Below are positions 18,168 to 28,250 of a stretch of DNA of 64,000 nt, piece after piece (the first letter of the stretch is position 1; every line of letters starts with the position of its first letter). The notes beneath the pieces were generated by a model. That model saw nothing but the letters and a program-made list of their open reading frames with translations. It searched no databases and was not told where the DNA came from. Origin of the DNA: a virus (Duplodnaviria; Heunggongvirae; Uroviricota; Caudoviricetes). The stretch lies in the IMG/VR virus record IMGVR_UViG_3300032007_000002. One strand, given 5' to 3'. The position numbers and the translations under genes were made by a program.

Positions 18168-19745
18168 ATGACTCAACAGTACAACGATCCCAGCGTCCAG
18201 CAGATGGACGTCCTCGCTTGCGGCGCTCCCGCTGCAGCTCCCGAAAACCTCGGTTCTGGGGAAAGAAAAGAAAACCCCAACGTGTGGAAGCCGACCGGCA
18301 TTACCGGACCTGGCATGGAATACAAGGCGCGTGTGCGTCTCCTCCCCCGCGGTCTCGAGGGCCTCAAGAAAAATCTCTATCCGTCCGTGTGTCTCAAGAC
18401 CCACTTCTTGAAGAACCCGGCAGACGGCAAGACCCTCAAGGTTGTCCTTTGCCGCGAATCCCTTCCGGGACAGACTTGCCCGATTTGTAAGGCAATCGGC
18501 AAGATTTTCAACAGCATCAAGAAGCAGCAGCAACAGCAGGGTGCCAATGAAAAGGCTGCTAAGGAAGTTGCAAAGACTTATTGCAAGAACCTCTGGGCAG
18601 ACGAATACTGGTATTCCAACGTCCTCATCCGCACCGACGCACAGCATTCCGAATTTAACAACAAGATTAAGTGGTGGAAGCACACCCCCAAGGTTGAGCA
18701 GATGCTTGACGCTCCTTGCCGTGTGAACCCGAACGCCCCGGTCCAGGCTGCCGCCCAGGTCGATCCGAATGACGAATTTGCTATCCAGAAGGCAAAGCAG
18801 GCCGAAGCAAATAAGCAGGAATTCTTCATTCCGTATGACCCGCGTCATGGGCGCGACTTCTTCGTTACCCCGTCCTGGGACAGCGAAACCAGTCGTGTCA
18901 CTTACACTACCTGTTCATGGGCAGACAAGAGCACTCCGCTCGCCAACACTGACCAGGAAATGCTTGCCATCCTCCAGGCATGCCCGGACTTGAACGAACT
19001 TTACAAGGATATGCCGGACGAAGCCAAGGCAGAAGCTGAATGGGCAGACTTCTGGCGCCTCGTCAATGAAGCCCAGAACCCGGCTGCTGCTGGTTTCCAG
19101 GGACAGCAGGCTCAGCATGGTGGCTACCAGGCCCAGAACGGTGGTGCCGCAAATGGCATCATCCCGACTACCCAGGCCCCGTTCACCATGCCCGGTACAC
19201 AGCAGCAACAGCAGACTGGTTACAACCAGGGTGCCCCGATGAACCAGGTCAGCGGTGCCGAATACTTCGGTAACGCAGCCGCTCCGGCAAATGACCCGCT
19301 CGCCATCGGTGGCGGTCAGGCTCCGGCCCAGACGGGCTTTGCGGCCCCGGCAAACGATCCGCTTGCTCTCGGCGGTGGACAGCAGAACTTCGGTGCTCCG
19401 GCAAACGATCCGCTCGCGGTCGGTGGCGGTGTGCAGCAGAACTATGCCGCCCCGGCCCAGCAGCAGGCACAGCCGGCATATACCGCTCCCGCAGCCAACC
19501 CGGCCGAACCGGTGAACGACATGCTTTCGTTCGGTGGCCAGCCGCAGTATGGCAATCCTCAGTACCAGGCTGCAGGAAATCCGGGCTTTGTTGCCCAGAC
19601 TCCGGCCCAGCAGCAGCAACCGCAGGGCAATTTCGCGCCCACGATGAAGCCGCAGGCCCAGCCCGGTTATTCTCAGGCCCAGACCCAGCCGCTCATGAAC
19701 GAGTTGCCGGGCGGTGCCGATGAAGACATCGACCTCCCGTTCTAA
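18168..19745 (+). CDS. gp32: gp32-type single-stranded DNA-binding protein with long low-complexity tail
   Basis: WKPT, ARVRLLP, Zn site H...C...CPIC, YWYSNVLI, YDPRHGRDF; GAGGTG SD before ATG 18168; ends DEDIDLPF. Confidence 0.88.
   Translation: MTQQYNDPSVQQMDVLACGAPAAAPENLGSGERKENPNVWKPTGITGPGMEYKARVRLLPRGLEGLKKNLYPSVCLKTHFLKNPADGKTLKVVLCRESLPGQTCPICKAIGKIFNSIKKQQQQQGANEKAAKEVAKTYCKNLWADEYWYSNVLIRTDAQHSEFNNKIKWWKHTPKVEQMLDAPCRVNPNAPVQAAAQVDPNDEFAIQKAKQAEANKQEFFIPYDPRHGRDFFVTPSWDSETSRVTYTTCSWADKSTPLANTDQEMLAILQACPDLNELYKDMPDEAKAEAEWADFWRLVNEAQNPAAAGFQGQQAQHGGYQAQNGGAANGIIPTTQAPFTMPGTQQQQQTGYNQGAPMNQVSGAEYFGNAAAPANDPLAIGGGQAPAQTGFAAPANDPLALGGGQQNFGAPANDPLAVGGGVQQNYAAPAQQQAQPAYTAPAANPAEPVNDMLSFGGQPQYGNPQYQAAGNPGFVAQTPAQQQQPQGNFAPTMKPQAQPGYSQAQTQPLMNELPGGADEDIDLPF
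19281..19430 (+). repeat. Three coding repeats of APANDPLA[ILV]GGG in the gp32 tail
   Basis: Copies start near 19281, 19344 and 19395, with synonymous differences between them. Confidence 0.85.
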
Positions 19746-19763
19746 TACGGTTTGATTTGAACG

Positions 19764-19809
19764 GAGCCGCCCCTGTGCCATACACGGGGGCGGTTCTTGT
19801 ATTGTTTTT
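19764..19809 (+). terminator. Intrinsic terminator after gp32
   Basis: GAGCCGCCCCTGTG-ccata-CACGGGGGCGGTTC followed by a T-rich tract. Confidence 0.75.
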
Positions 19810-19818
19810 GCTATATTT
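19805..19818 (+). promoter_or_regulatory. Putative early/middle promoter TTTTTGCTATATTT
   Basis: Recurrent motif ending 8 nt before the primase ATG, implying a nearly leaderless mRNA. Confidence 0.75.
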
Positions 19819-19826
19819 CATGCAAC

Positions 19827-21008
19827 ATGGGTTTACGTTTTGATAACATACCGCTATCCGCCTATGACGGGATCATTCGCAAGTTGTTCGGGCACCTGAA
19901 TTTGCAGGACAAGATGAACCACTACGAATGCGTATGTCCATTCTGTGGGGACATGAAGCAGGCGCACAAGCGAAAGTTATGGATTTACAAGGACACCTGG
20001 AAGACAACGTGCTTCAAGGGGTGTTTCGACGGGTCCCTGCTGAAGTTCTTGCAGGAAAATTACCCGGATGAATACCATGAACTTATCACCTATGCCATAA
20101 CCGATGACGACAACCGGGCAGGCGACAAGAAGCCTGCCGAAAAGCCGCTGGTTCAGCGTGTCGTCCCGACCCTTCCGTTTATGCCCGGAGAGCTCGTGTC
20201 TCTTTCAGACCCGACCGACCCGCTGGCGAAGAAGGCCAGGGACATCTGCGCCGGCCGAAGGATCCGCAAGGACGTGTATGAGACATGGTTTGCCTGCCGG
20301 ACTGGCGAGCAGTTTTATCACCGCAACCCGGACGGCTCCATCCAGTATTATCCGGGCACGACACGGCCGATAGGCAACGAATATCGTCACCGCATCATCA
20401 TGCCATACTACAAGTTCGGCGGGTTGTGGGGACAGTTCGATGCCCGAGACATGGATCCGAAAAGCGAACAGCGGTACCTGAACTTCAAGGGAGTTCGGCG
20501 CGAGGCATACAACATCGACTTTGTCGATTTTACCAAGCGTTTCTACATCCTCGAAGGATTGCTGGACTCGACGTTTATCCGCAATTCAATCGCCATTGGC
20601 GGCATTTCCCATCTTGCCGAGACGATGGCCGATAACCCGAAAATCAGGAAGTATATCAATAACGCGGTAGTTATATGGGATAACCCGTATAACGATGTCG
20701 CCGGTCGCCAGGCTTCCGTTTCCGCGATTTCCAAGCAGTTCAGGTGGTTCGACTGGGAAGGAATAGCATCGAAGGATATCAACGCCGCTGTCCTTGCCGG
20801 GGAGATGCCTTTGGACAGTTCCGGCTACGTGGACCCGGCGTTCCTCGAAAGGCGCATCCGCGAAAAGGATATGGCAGACATCGTCATGACGATGCGCTTT
20901 GGCAATATTCAGAAGGATATGTTCAAGGCGAAGATGGAAGCGCGGCGGAACGCCATGAAGAACAACACGCATATCCAGAACAACAAACATTCAATTTCCT
21001 TTATCTAG
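19827..21008 (+). CDS. gp61: DNA primase (gp61-like)
   Basis: Zn finger CPFCGD...CFKGC; RIIMPYY, FDAR; TOPRIM ILEGLLDS, IWDN, KDIN. Confidence 0.9.
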   Translation: MGLRFDNIPLSAYDGIIRKLFGHLNLQDKMNHYECVCPFCGDMKQAHKRKLWIYKDTWKTTCFKGCFDGSLLKFLQENYPDEYHELITYAITDDDNRAGDKKPAEKPLVQRVVPTLPFMPGELVSLSDPTDPLAKKARDICAGRRIRKDVYETWFACRTGEQFYHRNPDGSIQYYPGTTRPIGNEYRHRIIMPYYKFGGLWGQFDARDMDPKSEQRYLNFKGVRREAYNIDFVDFTKRFYILEGLLDSTFIRNSIAIGGISHLAETMADNPKIRKYINNAVVIWDNPYNDVAGRQASVSAISKQFRWFDWEGIASKDINAAVLAGEMPLDSSGYVDPAFLERRIREKDMADIVMTMRFGNIQKDMFKAKMEARRNAMKNNTHIQNNKHSISFI

Positions 21009-21014
21009 TCCATT

Positions 21015-23192
21015 ATGCCGGCAAAGACTACTATCGCAAACATGAAGTTGGGAGTCCGCAAGCGCCTCGTGAAGTTCGAGGTGCAGTATGGCTCGTTCAC
21101 CAATTTCGAGAACGTCTCTCGCGTCGGCGACGACGAGTATCTCACCGCTCGCCGTATCGCGAAGGTGTTCGGCATAAGCCAGGAATTTCTGTCCGAGCTC
21201 GGGTTGCTTTCCAGGGTGGATTATATCGTCTGCCAGAACCGGACGAAGGCATACCTGTGGAAGCAGGTCGTCGCCGAGATGTATCGCCGGGGGTTTACCG
21301 TGAAGGTCCCGGACCACCCGATGGCCGAGGTGAACGTGGACACGCTCGTTGCCGATACCGGCGTGGACGTGAAGAACTTCTACAAGCAGATCAAGCTCGG
21401 GCGCATCACGCCTCACCGCAGGCCGGGCGAACGATACCTGTATGTGTACATGGGCGAGTATGACAAGTTCCTCCGCAGTTACTTCCTCCCGGATAGCCTC
21501 CGGTGGATAGGGAGCCAGCCGCTGGGTTCCGGCGAGGCCGCGATTTTCTGCGGCTACAAGGACACTGCAGCATTTACTGCCGCGATTGCCCGCGGGGTGA
21601 TGCCGGTCCATCGCATCCAGGGTGTCAAGGGAGCCCGCCGCAAGATTACCAAGTCGGACCTCGCGTCGTGGCTGGAAAACTGTCGGAAGACCTTCCGCAG
21701 GAACCCACTTCCCGATGCGCTTCCGGTAAAGCTCGCGGCTATGTACATGCGCCGGAGCGTGTGGCAGTTCAAGAAGATTACGAAACACCTCGAAGTCGTC
21801 CCGGGCCGCCCGGGCTACTACACCAGGGAGAGCATGGACCGGTGGTACATGCGCGAGTGGTGCATGAAGGCATACGGGGAACATTCCTGCTATTACACCC
21901 CTGCCCAGATATGTGCGAAGTTCAACCGCACCGTCGGGTGGGTGAACGAGTTCATCGTCGGCAAGTGCGACGTCTACACGACCCGCCGGTATGTGATGAC
22001 GCAGGAAGAATTTCGTAAGAACTATGTAGGAAAGCCGGACCAGTATCCTTTCATCTACGGGTATCACAAGCCTGCCGTGGAAGCCATCGTGAAGGCCTCG
22101 CCCGAGATGCACACCATCCCGGAAATCGACGATGCCCGCGAGGGTGTCCACCGTCACCCGCATGGTGTCCGGCAGCTTACCCAGTCCAAGGAAGAGAGCA
22201 TCAGGATGAAGATTGCGGCCGGCATGCGCAAGACGATGAAGCGCAAGGCGAAGGACGCGAAGGAACATGCGCCGGAGGCGCCACTTCCGATCAGGAAGAA
22301 CTCGATTGAGCTCGGCATCAAGGCATCCCTGCAAAGGAACGCGCTGGAACGCGACGCCAAGTACAGGGAGGAACGCAAGAGGGCGCATGCCGCGGAGAAG
22401 GAGCAGAACGAACTGCGCCAGATACTGGGCATCACGCCGAAACGCGAGCGGGTAACCCCGAAGATGCTGCTGCAGACGTCGAAGGTCCCGTTGAATGTCT
22501 ATGTCGTCCACACGCTTGGCTACTCGTCGGGCATGTTTACCGACCGCATGCCCGAGAAGGACGCCTACGTGGTCAGGTCGCCCGAGCTGTATCTTCCGGT
22601 AAAGTCGAACAAGGAGCAGTCCAACTCGTTCAGCCTCGTGTCCAATGCCTATGACAAGGTGATCTCGTTCAAGCCGGCGGTGCCTCCCGCGTGGTATGTG
22701 CTCGTGGGCGGCAACACCGTCATCAACGACATGGGGTTCCCGGAAAAACTGGATGCCGTCCCGCCGGAAGTCGCTGCGGTCGGCGCCTTCGGCTACGAGA
22801 ATTTCCTGCATAACGGATCGTGGATAGACGGCCCGTCATACGGCATCTATTCGACGTTCCCGACGGACTTGAAGTCGAGCGAGTGGGTAATGGGCAAGCG
22901 TTCGGTGAACAGTTCGCATCAGGTGGTTGTCCTCGACGGCCCGTTCATCGCCGTCCGCGGTATTTACGGCGATGTCCTCGGAGACTTGCGCCAGTTCTCG
23001 CCGCTGGTTGAGGGCGATGTCGGCCAGCGTATGGTGGCCGCGGTCGTTTCGATAGTCCTCACCCGAATGGGTCTGAAGCTGATGCAGATTCCGGTTGAGT
23101 GCTCCATGTGCTCCGACCAGCCGATAAAGCCCGGGACACTGGAATGGAACCGTATCGAGGATCTCCTAATCAAGTTTTATCGGCACACTTGA
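21015..23192 (+). CDS. Protein with ~5 tandem excisionase/MerR-like HTH modules and a degenerate glycosyltransferase-like C-terminal domain
   Basis: YLTARRIAKVFGIS, VDTLVADTGVDVKNFYKQIKLG, GSGEAAIFCG...KITKSDLASWL, PVKLAAMYM...YTRESMDRW, YTPAQICAKFNRT; C-terminal AAVGAFG and VVVLDGPFIAVR resemble Glyco_tranf_2_5. Confidence 0.6.
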   Translation: MPAKTTIANMKLGVRKRLVKFEVQYGSFTNFENVSRVGDDEYLTARRIAKVFGISQEFLSELGLLSRVDYIVCQNRTKAYLWKQVVAEMYRRGFTVKVPDHPMAEVNVDTLVADTGVDVKNFYKQIKLGRITPHRRPGERYLYVYMGEYDKFLRSYFLPDSLRWIGSQPLGSGEAAIFCGYKDTAAFTAAIARGVMPVHRIQGVKGARRKITKSDLASWLENCRKTFRRNPLPDALPVKLAAMYMRRSVWQFKKITKHLEVVPGRPGYYTRESMDRWYMREWCMKAYGEHSCYYTPAQICAKFNRTVGWVNEFIVGKCDVYTTRRYVMTQEEFRKNYVGKPDQYPFIYGYHKPAVEAIVKASPEMHTIPEIDDAREGVHRHPHGVRQLTQSKEESIRMKIAAGMRKTMKRKAKDAKEHAPEAPLPIRKNSIELGIKASLQRNALERDAKYREERKRAHAAEKEQNELRQILGITPKRERVTPKMLLQTSKVPLNVYVVHTLGYSSGMFTDRMPEKDAYVVRSPELYLPVKSNKEQSNSFSLVSNAYDKVISFKPAVPPAWYVLVGGNTVINDMGFPEKLDAVPPEVAAVGAFGYENFLHNGSWIDGPSYGIYSTFPTDLKSSEWVMGKRSVNSSHQVVVLDGPFIAVRGIYGDVLGDLRQFSPLVEGDVGQRMVAAVVSIVLTRMGLKLMQIPVECSMCSDQPIKPGTLEWNRIEDLLIKFYRHT

Positions 23193-23207
23193 TGACCGTA
23201 ACTGTAT

Positions 23208-23221
23208 TTTTTGCTATATTT
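23208..23221 (+). promoter_or_regulatory. Putative early/middle promoter TTTTTGCTATATTT
   Basis: Recurrent motif 25 nt before ATG 23247. Confidence 0.75.
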
Positions 23222-23246
23222 CATAAAAATTGAAACGAGACGAACC

Positions 23247-24092
23247 ATGGCATCATTGACATTTTCGGAACAATTTTATGCGGTCTTGCAGAAGGTAGTC
23301 AAGGCATTGCCGCAGACACCGGTCCTTCTGTTCAAGGAAGACGGGTTTTCCCGCCTGTCTTATTCCAAGAACGGCCTGCTTTTCCACATCGCGGCATCGC
23401 CGGATGACTTCAACTATGAAGGTGAGATGATTGGCCTTTCCTCGCTGCGCGAGTTCAACGACTATGTCACCGCAATCGGCTACCCGAAGGGTGGCGAAAT
23501 CAGCCTAGTGCGCGAAATTTCCATGTCCGGCCACGCATACGACTTCGTGAAGTTCATCGGCAACAAGAAGACGCTCCGCTGCCGCATGGTGGACCTGGCC
23601 TTCTTTACCGAAGACAGTAAGGACATCCCGGCGATGCCGGACGAAAACCCGCTCGCGCTCGCAGGCAAGCTGTGCCTTACCCAGGAAGCAATCAAGGATT
23701 TGTTCAGGAGCCGTAAGCTGGCCCCGGGTTGCGACAACGTGACCATTACCTGCTACGAGAACAAGATTACCGTGACCCTCCGAGGCACGGTCGGCCAGCA
23801 GGTTGACCTCGACTACACGTACCCGAACATTACCGTCGATACAGAAATCATTAAGCAGGCCTACGCCAACTCGGTCCTCCGCATGTTCCCGATCGAGATG
23901 TTCAAGATTATGGACTCGATGGGCATGGACTATACGGTAGAGCTTCGCTACGCGCCGGGCGCGAACGGTGGTCAGATGGCCCTGTGTTCCTATGCGTCAA
24001 TCCCGGGCGCAAACGGCCAGACGATTACGGTGTACATCGGAACGGTCGAGTCCGAAGCGGCTACGATTGCAAATATTGACATGGTTCGCTAG
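23247..24092 (+). CDS. gp45: Probable sliding clamp (gp45-like)
   Basis: 281 aa with alternating beta/alpha pattern; IGLSSLREFNDYVTAI recalls gp45 IYDLxxFL; replication-cluster context. Confidence 0.6.
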   Translation: MASLTFSEQFYAVLQKVVKALPQTPVLLFKEDGFSRLSYSKNGLLFHIAASPDDFNYEGEMIGLSSLREFNDYVTAIGYPKGGEISLVREISMSGHAYDFVKFIGNKKTLRCRMVDLAFFTEDSKDIPAMPDENPLALAGKLCLTQEAIKDLFRSRKLAPGCDNVTITCYENKITVTLRGTVGQQVDLDYTYPNITVDTEIIKQAYANSVLRMFPIEMFKIMDSMGMDYTVELRYAPGANGGQMALCSYASIPGANGQTITVYIGTVESEAATIANIDMVR

Positions 24093-24100
24093 GAGGCCGC

Positions 24101-24577
24101 ATGAACAGGTCTTCTCATTTCATCGAGGTGTATGGAGTCCGCAATGCCAGGAAGGGCATCTCGAAGCCCGATGCCGTTGTGTCGGTCACTCCGCGTCCGT
24201 ATATCGCCAACGGCAGGCCGCAGTATGAAATCACGATTGAGGCCGAGCTCGCCGGTGGCGAAGGCGAGACGCTTCCGCCGGAAGTTCTGACGACTTTAAT
24301 CCAGGAGGCCGGGAAATCCTGCGTGAACCGATGCGTGGCCGACCTCATGCTTCTCTATGCGAAGCAGTCCAAGACGGCCATGCCGCTGAACATCTACAAC
24401 GACACCGATAACAAGCTGGTTGTCGGCCACCGCTACAAGGCGGTCCTCGTCGGGTTAAATACCGATGCCGGCAAGATGTTCTATCTCGTGCGCAAGTCCG
24501 TGTTCGATGCCGGAAACGACGAGACGGTCGAAAAGATGATCCGTGAACTCTGTTCCGATATGGGGGTCCTTGAATGA
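24101..24577 (+). CDS. Hypothetical protein (158 aa)
   Basis: AGGAGG SD; ATGA overlap with uvsW. Confidence 0.75.
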   Translation: MNRSSHFIEVYGVRNARKGISKPDAVVSVTPRPYIANGRPQYEITIEAELAGGEGETLPPEVLTTLIQEAGKSCVNRCVADLMLLYAKQSKTAMPLNIYNDTDNKLVVGHRYKAVLVGLNTDAGKMFYLVRKSVFDAGNDETVEKMIRELCSDMGVLE

Positions 24578-26397
24578 GCCTGACGTCCAGGGTGACAGTC
24601 ATGTTTGTTCCAGGAGACGCGTTCAACTGCCGCGTCGACTATTACGGCAGTTCTGTTCAGGACCTGAACAGGGTGAACAACTACGTCTATACCTCGATGC
24701 AGTTCTATGACGAGGGCAAGGGCTTCATGGCGAAGTCCCTCGGGATGAACAAGCACGAGTGCGTGGTCGAATTTTTCGACCGCAAGACGCGCATGCTTCC
24801 GGTCGGCCTTATCCCGCGCGTAGCCAAGCTGTTGCGCACCGAGTTCGGTGTCGGCGTGAAGATTGGCCTCGCCAAGGAAATCGACGACATGTTCAGGCCT
24901 CCGCATGGACCGGTGACGGAGCAGGCCATCCGTTCCTATGCGAGCACTCTGAACATACACAACGCGAAGACCGGCAAGCCGCTCGTCCCGTATGACCACC
25001 AGATTAGGCTCGCGACCCGTGCACTCAACGGAAGGCGCATTTCCCTGCTGGCGTGCACCAGCGCGGGCAAGTCGCTTTCGATGATGATTATTGCCAGGTA
25101 TCTGCTCGAACGCGAGCACCGTCGCCGTGTCCTCATCATCGTCCCGTCTACTAACCTCGTGGAACAGCTTTTCAGCGACTTCCATGACGACTACGGATGG
25201 GACCACGCCGGCCTGTATTGCACTCTGCTGCACTCGACCTCGACGGACAAGCTGACGAAGTCCGAGAAGGCCCGCCTGGAAGCGCTCAACCTCGGCGAAG
25301 AGGCCAAGCTGAAACCGATTACGATTTCGACCTGGCAGACCCTGCAGAACAAGCGGGCGTCCTTCTTCGAGGTGTTCGATGCGGTGATCGTGGACGAGGC
25401 GCACTCCACCCGCGGTCAGAAGCTGCGCGAAATCCTGTCCTTGTGCGAGAACGCCAATAACTTCAAGGTTGGCGTTTCGGGAACCCTACCGGATGATGGC
25501 CTTGACGCCGGGTATATCGAGAGCGGTCTCGGACGCAAGGAGGAGATTGTCCACCTCCATGAACTGGTGGAGAAGGGCATCCTTACGCCGGTGCAGGTGG
25601 AGGCGGTGTTCATCCCGTACCCGCCCAAGCTCCGCCCGAAGATTAAGAGCATGCACTACGACACCGAGTTCGACATGGCCACGGAGAACAGCTCCCGCAA
25701 GGACATCATCGACATGCTCATTCGTGCCGGCAAGATTACGACTGCGGAAAACACGGTTATCCTGTTCCGCTACATCGACAACCTGGAAATGGTGATGAAC
25801 TTCCTGAAGGAGCGCCACCCGGAGTTCAAGTATTTCGTAATCAAGGGTGACGTCCCGACCGACGAGCGAGAAGAAATCCGCAAGTCCATCGAGGCGAGCA
25901 CGGGAAACATCATCATCGCGACCTACGGCTGCATGCAGCAGGGCGTGAACATCAAGCTGCTGCATAACCTCATCATGGCGGATCCGGCGAAGAGCCCCTA
26001 CATGGTGGTGCAGTCAATCGGCCGTATTGTCCGTAAGCATCCGGCCAAGCCGCTTGCAAGGGTGTTCGACCTGGTTGACGATGCGTCTTACATGGGCCGT
26101 CCGTGTCGCGGGAAGCCGGCGCAGCTCCAGATGAACGGGCTTCTGCGCCAGTTCGCCAAGTTCAGGAAGTCCTACTACGATGCCGACAAGATTCCGGTGA
26201 ACCGCATCGACCTCGAAGGTATTTACTGCGTGAGTATCACCGAGGAGGATATCATGGAGCGCATCTTGAAGGCTATCGAGGCGGCAAAGGCCGCCAAGGC
26301 GAAGAAGGACGCGGCAAAGGGCAACCAGCAGGCATCCGGCAGCGTGTACAAGAAGAAATTTTTCTTAAATCCATTCCAACAGCAAGGAGTAGTCTAA
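24574..26397 (+). CDS. uvsW: UvsW-like SF2 DNA helicase
   Basis: [46 protein letters not shown]. Confidence 0.92.
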   Translation: MSLTSRVTVMFVPGDAFNCRVDYYGSSVQDLNRVNNYVYTSMQFYDEGKGFMAKSLGMNKHECVVEFFDRKTRMLPVGLIPRVAKLLRTEFGVGVKIGLAKEIDDMFRPPHGPVTEQAIRSYASTLNIHNAKTGKPLVPYDHQIRLATRALNGRRISLLACTSAGKSLSMMIIARYLLEREHRRRVLIIVPSTNLVEQLFSDFHDDYGWDHAGLYCTLLHSTSTDKLTKSEKARLEALNLGEEAKLKPITISTWQTLQNKRASFFEVFDAVIVDEAHSTRGQKLREILSLCENANNFKVGVSGTLPDDGLDAGYIESGLGRKEEIVHLHELVEKGILTPVQVEAVFIPYPPKLRPKIKSMHYDTEFDMATENSSRKDIIDMLIRAGKITTAENTVILFRYIDNLEMVMNFLKERHPEFKYFVIKGDVPTDEREEIRKSIEASTGNIIIATYGCMQQGVNIKLLHNLIMADPAKSPYMVVQSIGRIVRKHPAKPLARVFDLVDDASYMGRPCRGKPAQLQMNGLLRQFAKFRKSYYDADKIPVNRIDLEGIYCVSITEEDIMERILKAIEAAKAAKAKKDAAKGNQQASGSVYKKKFFLNPFQQQGVV

Positions 26398-26834
26398 TGA
26401 TGACTAAGCAGATTAAAATTCAGTATCTCAATGACAGTATCAAGCGCCTCGAATATGTCGATGGCAAATCCGACTGGATCGACCTCGCCGCGGCCGAAAC
26501 CGTTACGCTTAAAGCCGGCGAACTCGCGAAGATTCCGCTTGGTGTCGCAATGAAGCTCCCGGAAGGCTTCGAAGCTCATGTCATTCCGCGCAGCTCCACT
26601 TTCAAGAACTACGGCGTGCTCCAGGCTAACTCCATGGGCCTCATCGACTGCAGCTACTGCGGTCCGAACGACTGGTGGATTTTCCCGGCCTACGCAACCC
26701 GCGACGTGACCATCGAAAAGGGTGCCCGCATCGCCCAGTTCCGTATCATGGAAAACCAGCCGAAGCTCGTCTTTGAAGAATGCCGCCTCGAAGGCGCTGA
26801 CCGCGGCGGTTTTGGCAGCACGGGGATCAAGTAA
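26397..26834 (+). CDS. dut: Trimeric dUTPase
   Basis: [29 protein letters not shown]; TAATG overlap with uvsW. Confidence 0.93.
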   Translation: MMTKQIKIQYLNDSIKRLEYVDGKSDWIDLAAAETVTLKAGELAKIPLGVAMKLPEGFEAHVIPRSSTFKNYGVLQANSMGLIDCSYCGPNDWWIFPAYATRDVTIEKGARIAQFRIMENQPKLVFEECRLEGADRGGFGSTGIK

Positions 26835-28210
26835 TGCAGCCCGGGTATTTGACAGAGCCGAGGGTGACGTCGTACCCGTATGTGGGGAACCGCCTGGTCG
26901 TTATCGACTGGGCTTCCCTTTCGTACCACCTGATGTTCTCCATGAAGACACCCGCTGCCAAGAAGACCCTCGGACTTATGGGTGCGGACGACGAACTTCT
27001 CAGGTGGCGTAACATGATGTTCCAGCGTGTCCTTGACTACATCGCGCTGTTCAACCCGCGCCAGCTCATCTTCGCCCTTGAAGGCAAGCACGCGTGGCGC
27101 AAACAGTTCGTCAAGGACTATTACGCCGAACATGCCGACGTCTATGTGGACAAGAAATATTACTACGTGTGCTCGGACAACTACGCATACGCGGTAAGGC
27201 TCCTGTCCACTGACGAGGACGGTGGCCGGAATTTCGAGGTGACGCCCATCAAGGCGAAAGAACGCGATTTCTTGCAGGATCCGACGAAGATTACCGCGCA
27301 CCGCAAGCTCGGCAAGCTCCCGAAGGAGAAGCAGGAGATGCTGTGGGACATCACCACGGATTCCGGCAAGCCGATTCTACCGGCATACAAGGGACAGCGA
27401 AAGAGCAAGGACTGGCCGTTCTTCGTGGAGAAGTCCTACTGGATGTCCTACAAGGACGAGTTCGCGAAGGAAATCGCCCCGGTGTTCCGTGCGCGGGCAA
27501 TCGGCGTGGATTGCGCGGAAGGTGACGACATCGTCTATGCCTCCGCCATGAAGTATGCGCCGCATTGCGATGACGTAATCATCATCACCCGCGACTCCGA
27601 CTTGAGCCAGATTGACCTCCCGAACCTCAAAATCTTCAACCATGTGTCGGAAACGTTTACCGTATGCAAGTACCCGAAGGCATACCTCGACGCGAAGGTG
27701 CTCTCGGGCGATACGTCCGATAACATTTCCGGCATGGCGTTCGTTGACGAGAAGACCGGCAAGTTCAAGCCCGGCAAGGCGAACCAGCTGGGCGAGCCGA
27801 CCGCGATCAAGCTGCTCGAAAACTGCTCTGCGGTTTACGACGTGGCCAAGGAGAACGGTTGGGCGGACCAGTATATGCGCAACAGGACCCTGATTGACCT
27901 CAGCATGGTCCCGCAGGACGTCAAGGATGTCATCACCGAGGCGATTTCCGCACCGGAACCGGAAGTTCCCGACGACCGTCCCATGGAGATGACCGGGATT
28001 TCCTCCGCCAGGGCGTCCACGGTGAAGCAGTTGCGCTCCTTCGGGTTCTACCTGCTGAACAACAAGGCCGACGTTGACCGCGATCCGTCCATCTTCAAGG
28101 CCGATGTCTACCGCAAGGAGGCGCCGACCCTGGGCGATAAGGTCAGTGAACAGGAGCTCGTGGACTTCGACAACATCGACATGTTCTCGGGTCCGGGCGT
28201 GTCCTTCTAG
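26834..28210 (+). CDS. rnh: T4 RNase H-like 5'-3' exonuclease / flap endonuclease
   Basis: VIDW, YKGQR, EGDD, DSDL, GDTSDNI. Confidence 0.88.
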   Translation: MQPGYLTEPRVTSYPYVGNRLVVIDWASLSYHLMFSMKTPAAKKTLGLMGADDELLRWRNMMFQRVLDYIALFNPRQLIFALEGKHAWRKQFVKDYYAEHADVYVDKKYYYVCSDNYAYAVRLLSTDEDGGRNFEVTPIKAKERDFLQDPTKITAHRKLGKLPKEKQEMLWDITTDSGKPILPAYKGQRKSKDWPFFVEKSYWMSYKDEFAKEIAPVFRARAIGVDCAEGDDIVYASAMKYAPHCDDVIIITRDSDLSQIDLPNLKIFNHVSETFTVCKYPKAYLDAKVLSGDTSDNISGMAFVDEKTGKFKPGKANQLGEPTAIKLLENCSAVYDVAKENGWADQYMRNRTLIDLSMVPQDVKDVITEAISAPEPEVPDDRPMEMTGISSARASTVKQLRSFGFYLLNNKADVDRDPSIFKADVYRKEAPTLGDKVSEQELVDFDNIDMFSGPGVSF

Positions 28211-28215
28211 TCAAA

Positions 28216-28235
28216 AACCTAGTTTTCGTGGAAAA
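28216..28235 (+). promoter_or_regulatory. AACCTAG TTTTC-gtg-GAAAA element
   Basis: Recurrent motif plus hairpin, fully intergenic here, so not explained by a stop codon. Confidence 0.6.
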
Positions 28236-28250
28236 GAAAAGGTTGACGAT

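Noticed and set aside
19281-19430. Spaced repeats as a mini CRISPR array
   Set aside because: Repeats are in-frame, vary at synonymous positions and encode a peptide repeat; no cas genes are present.
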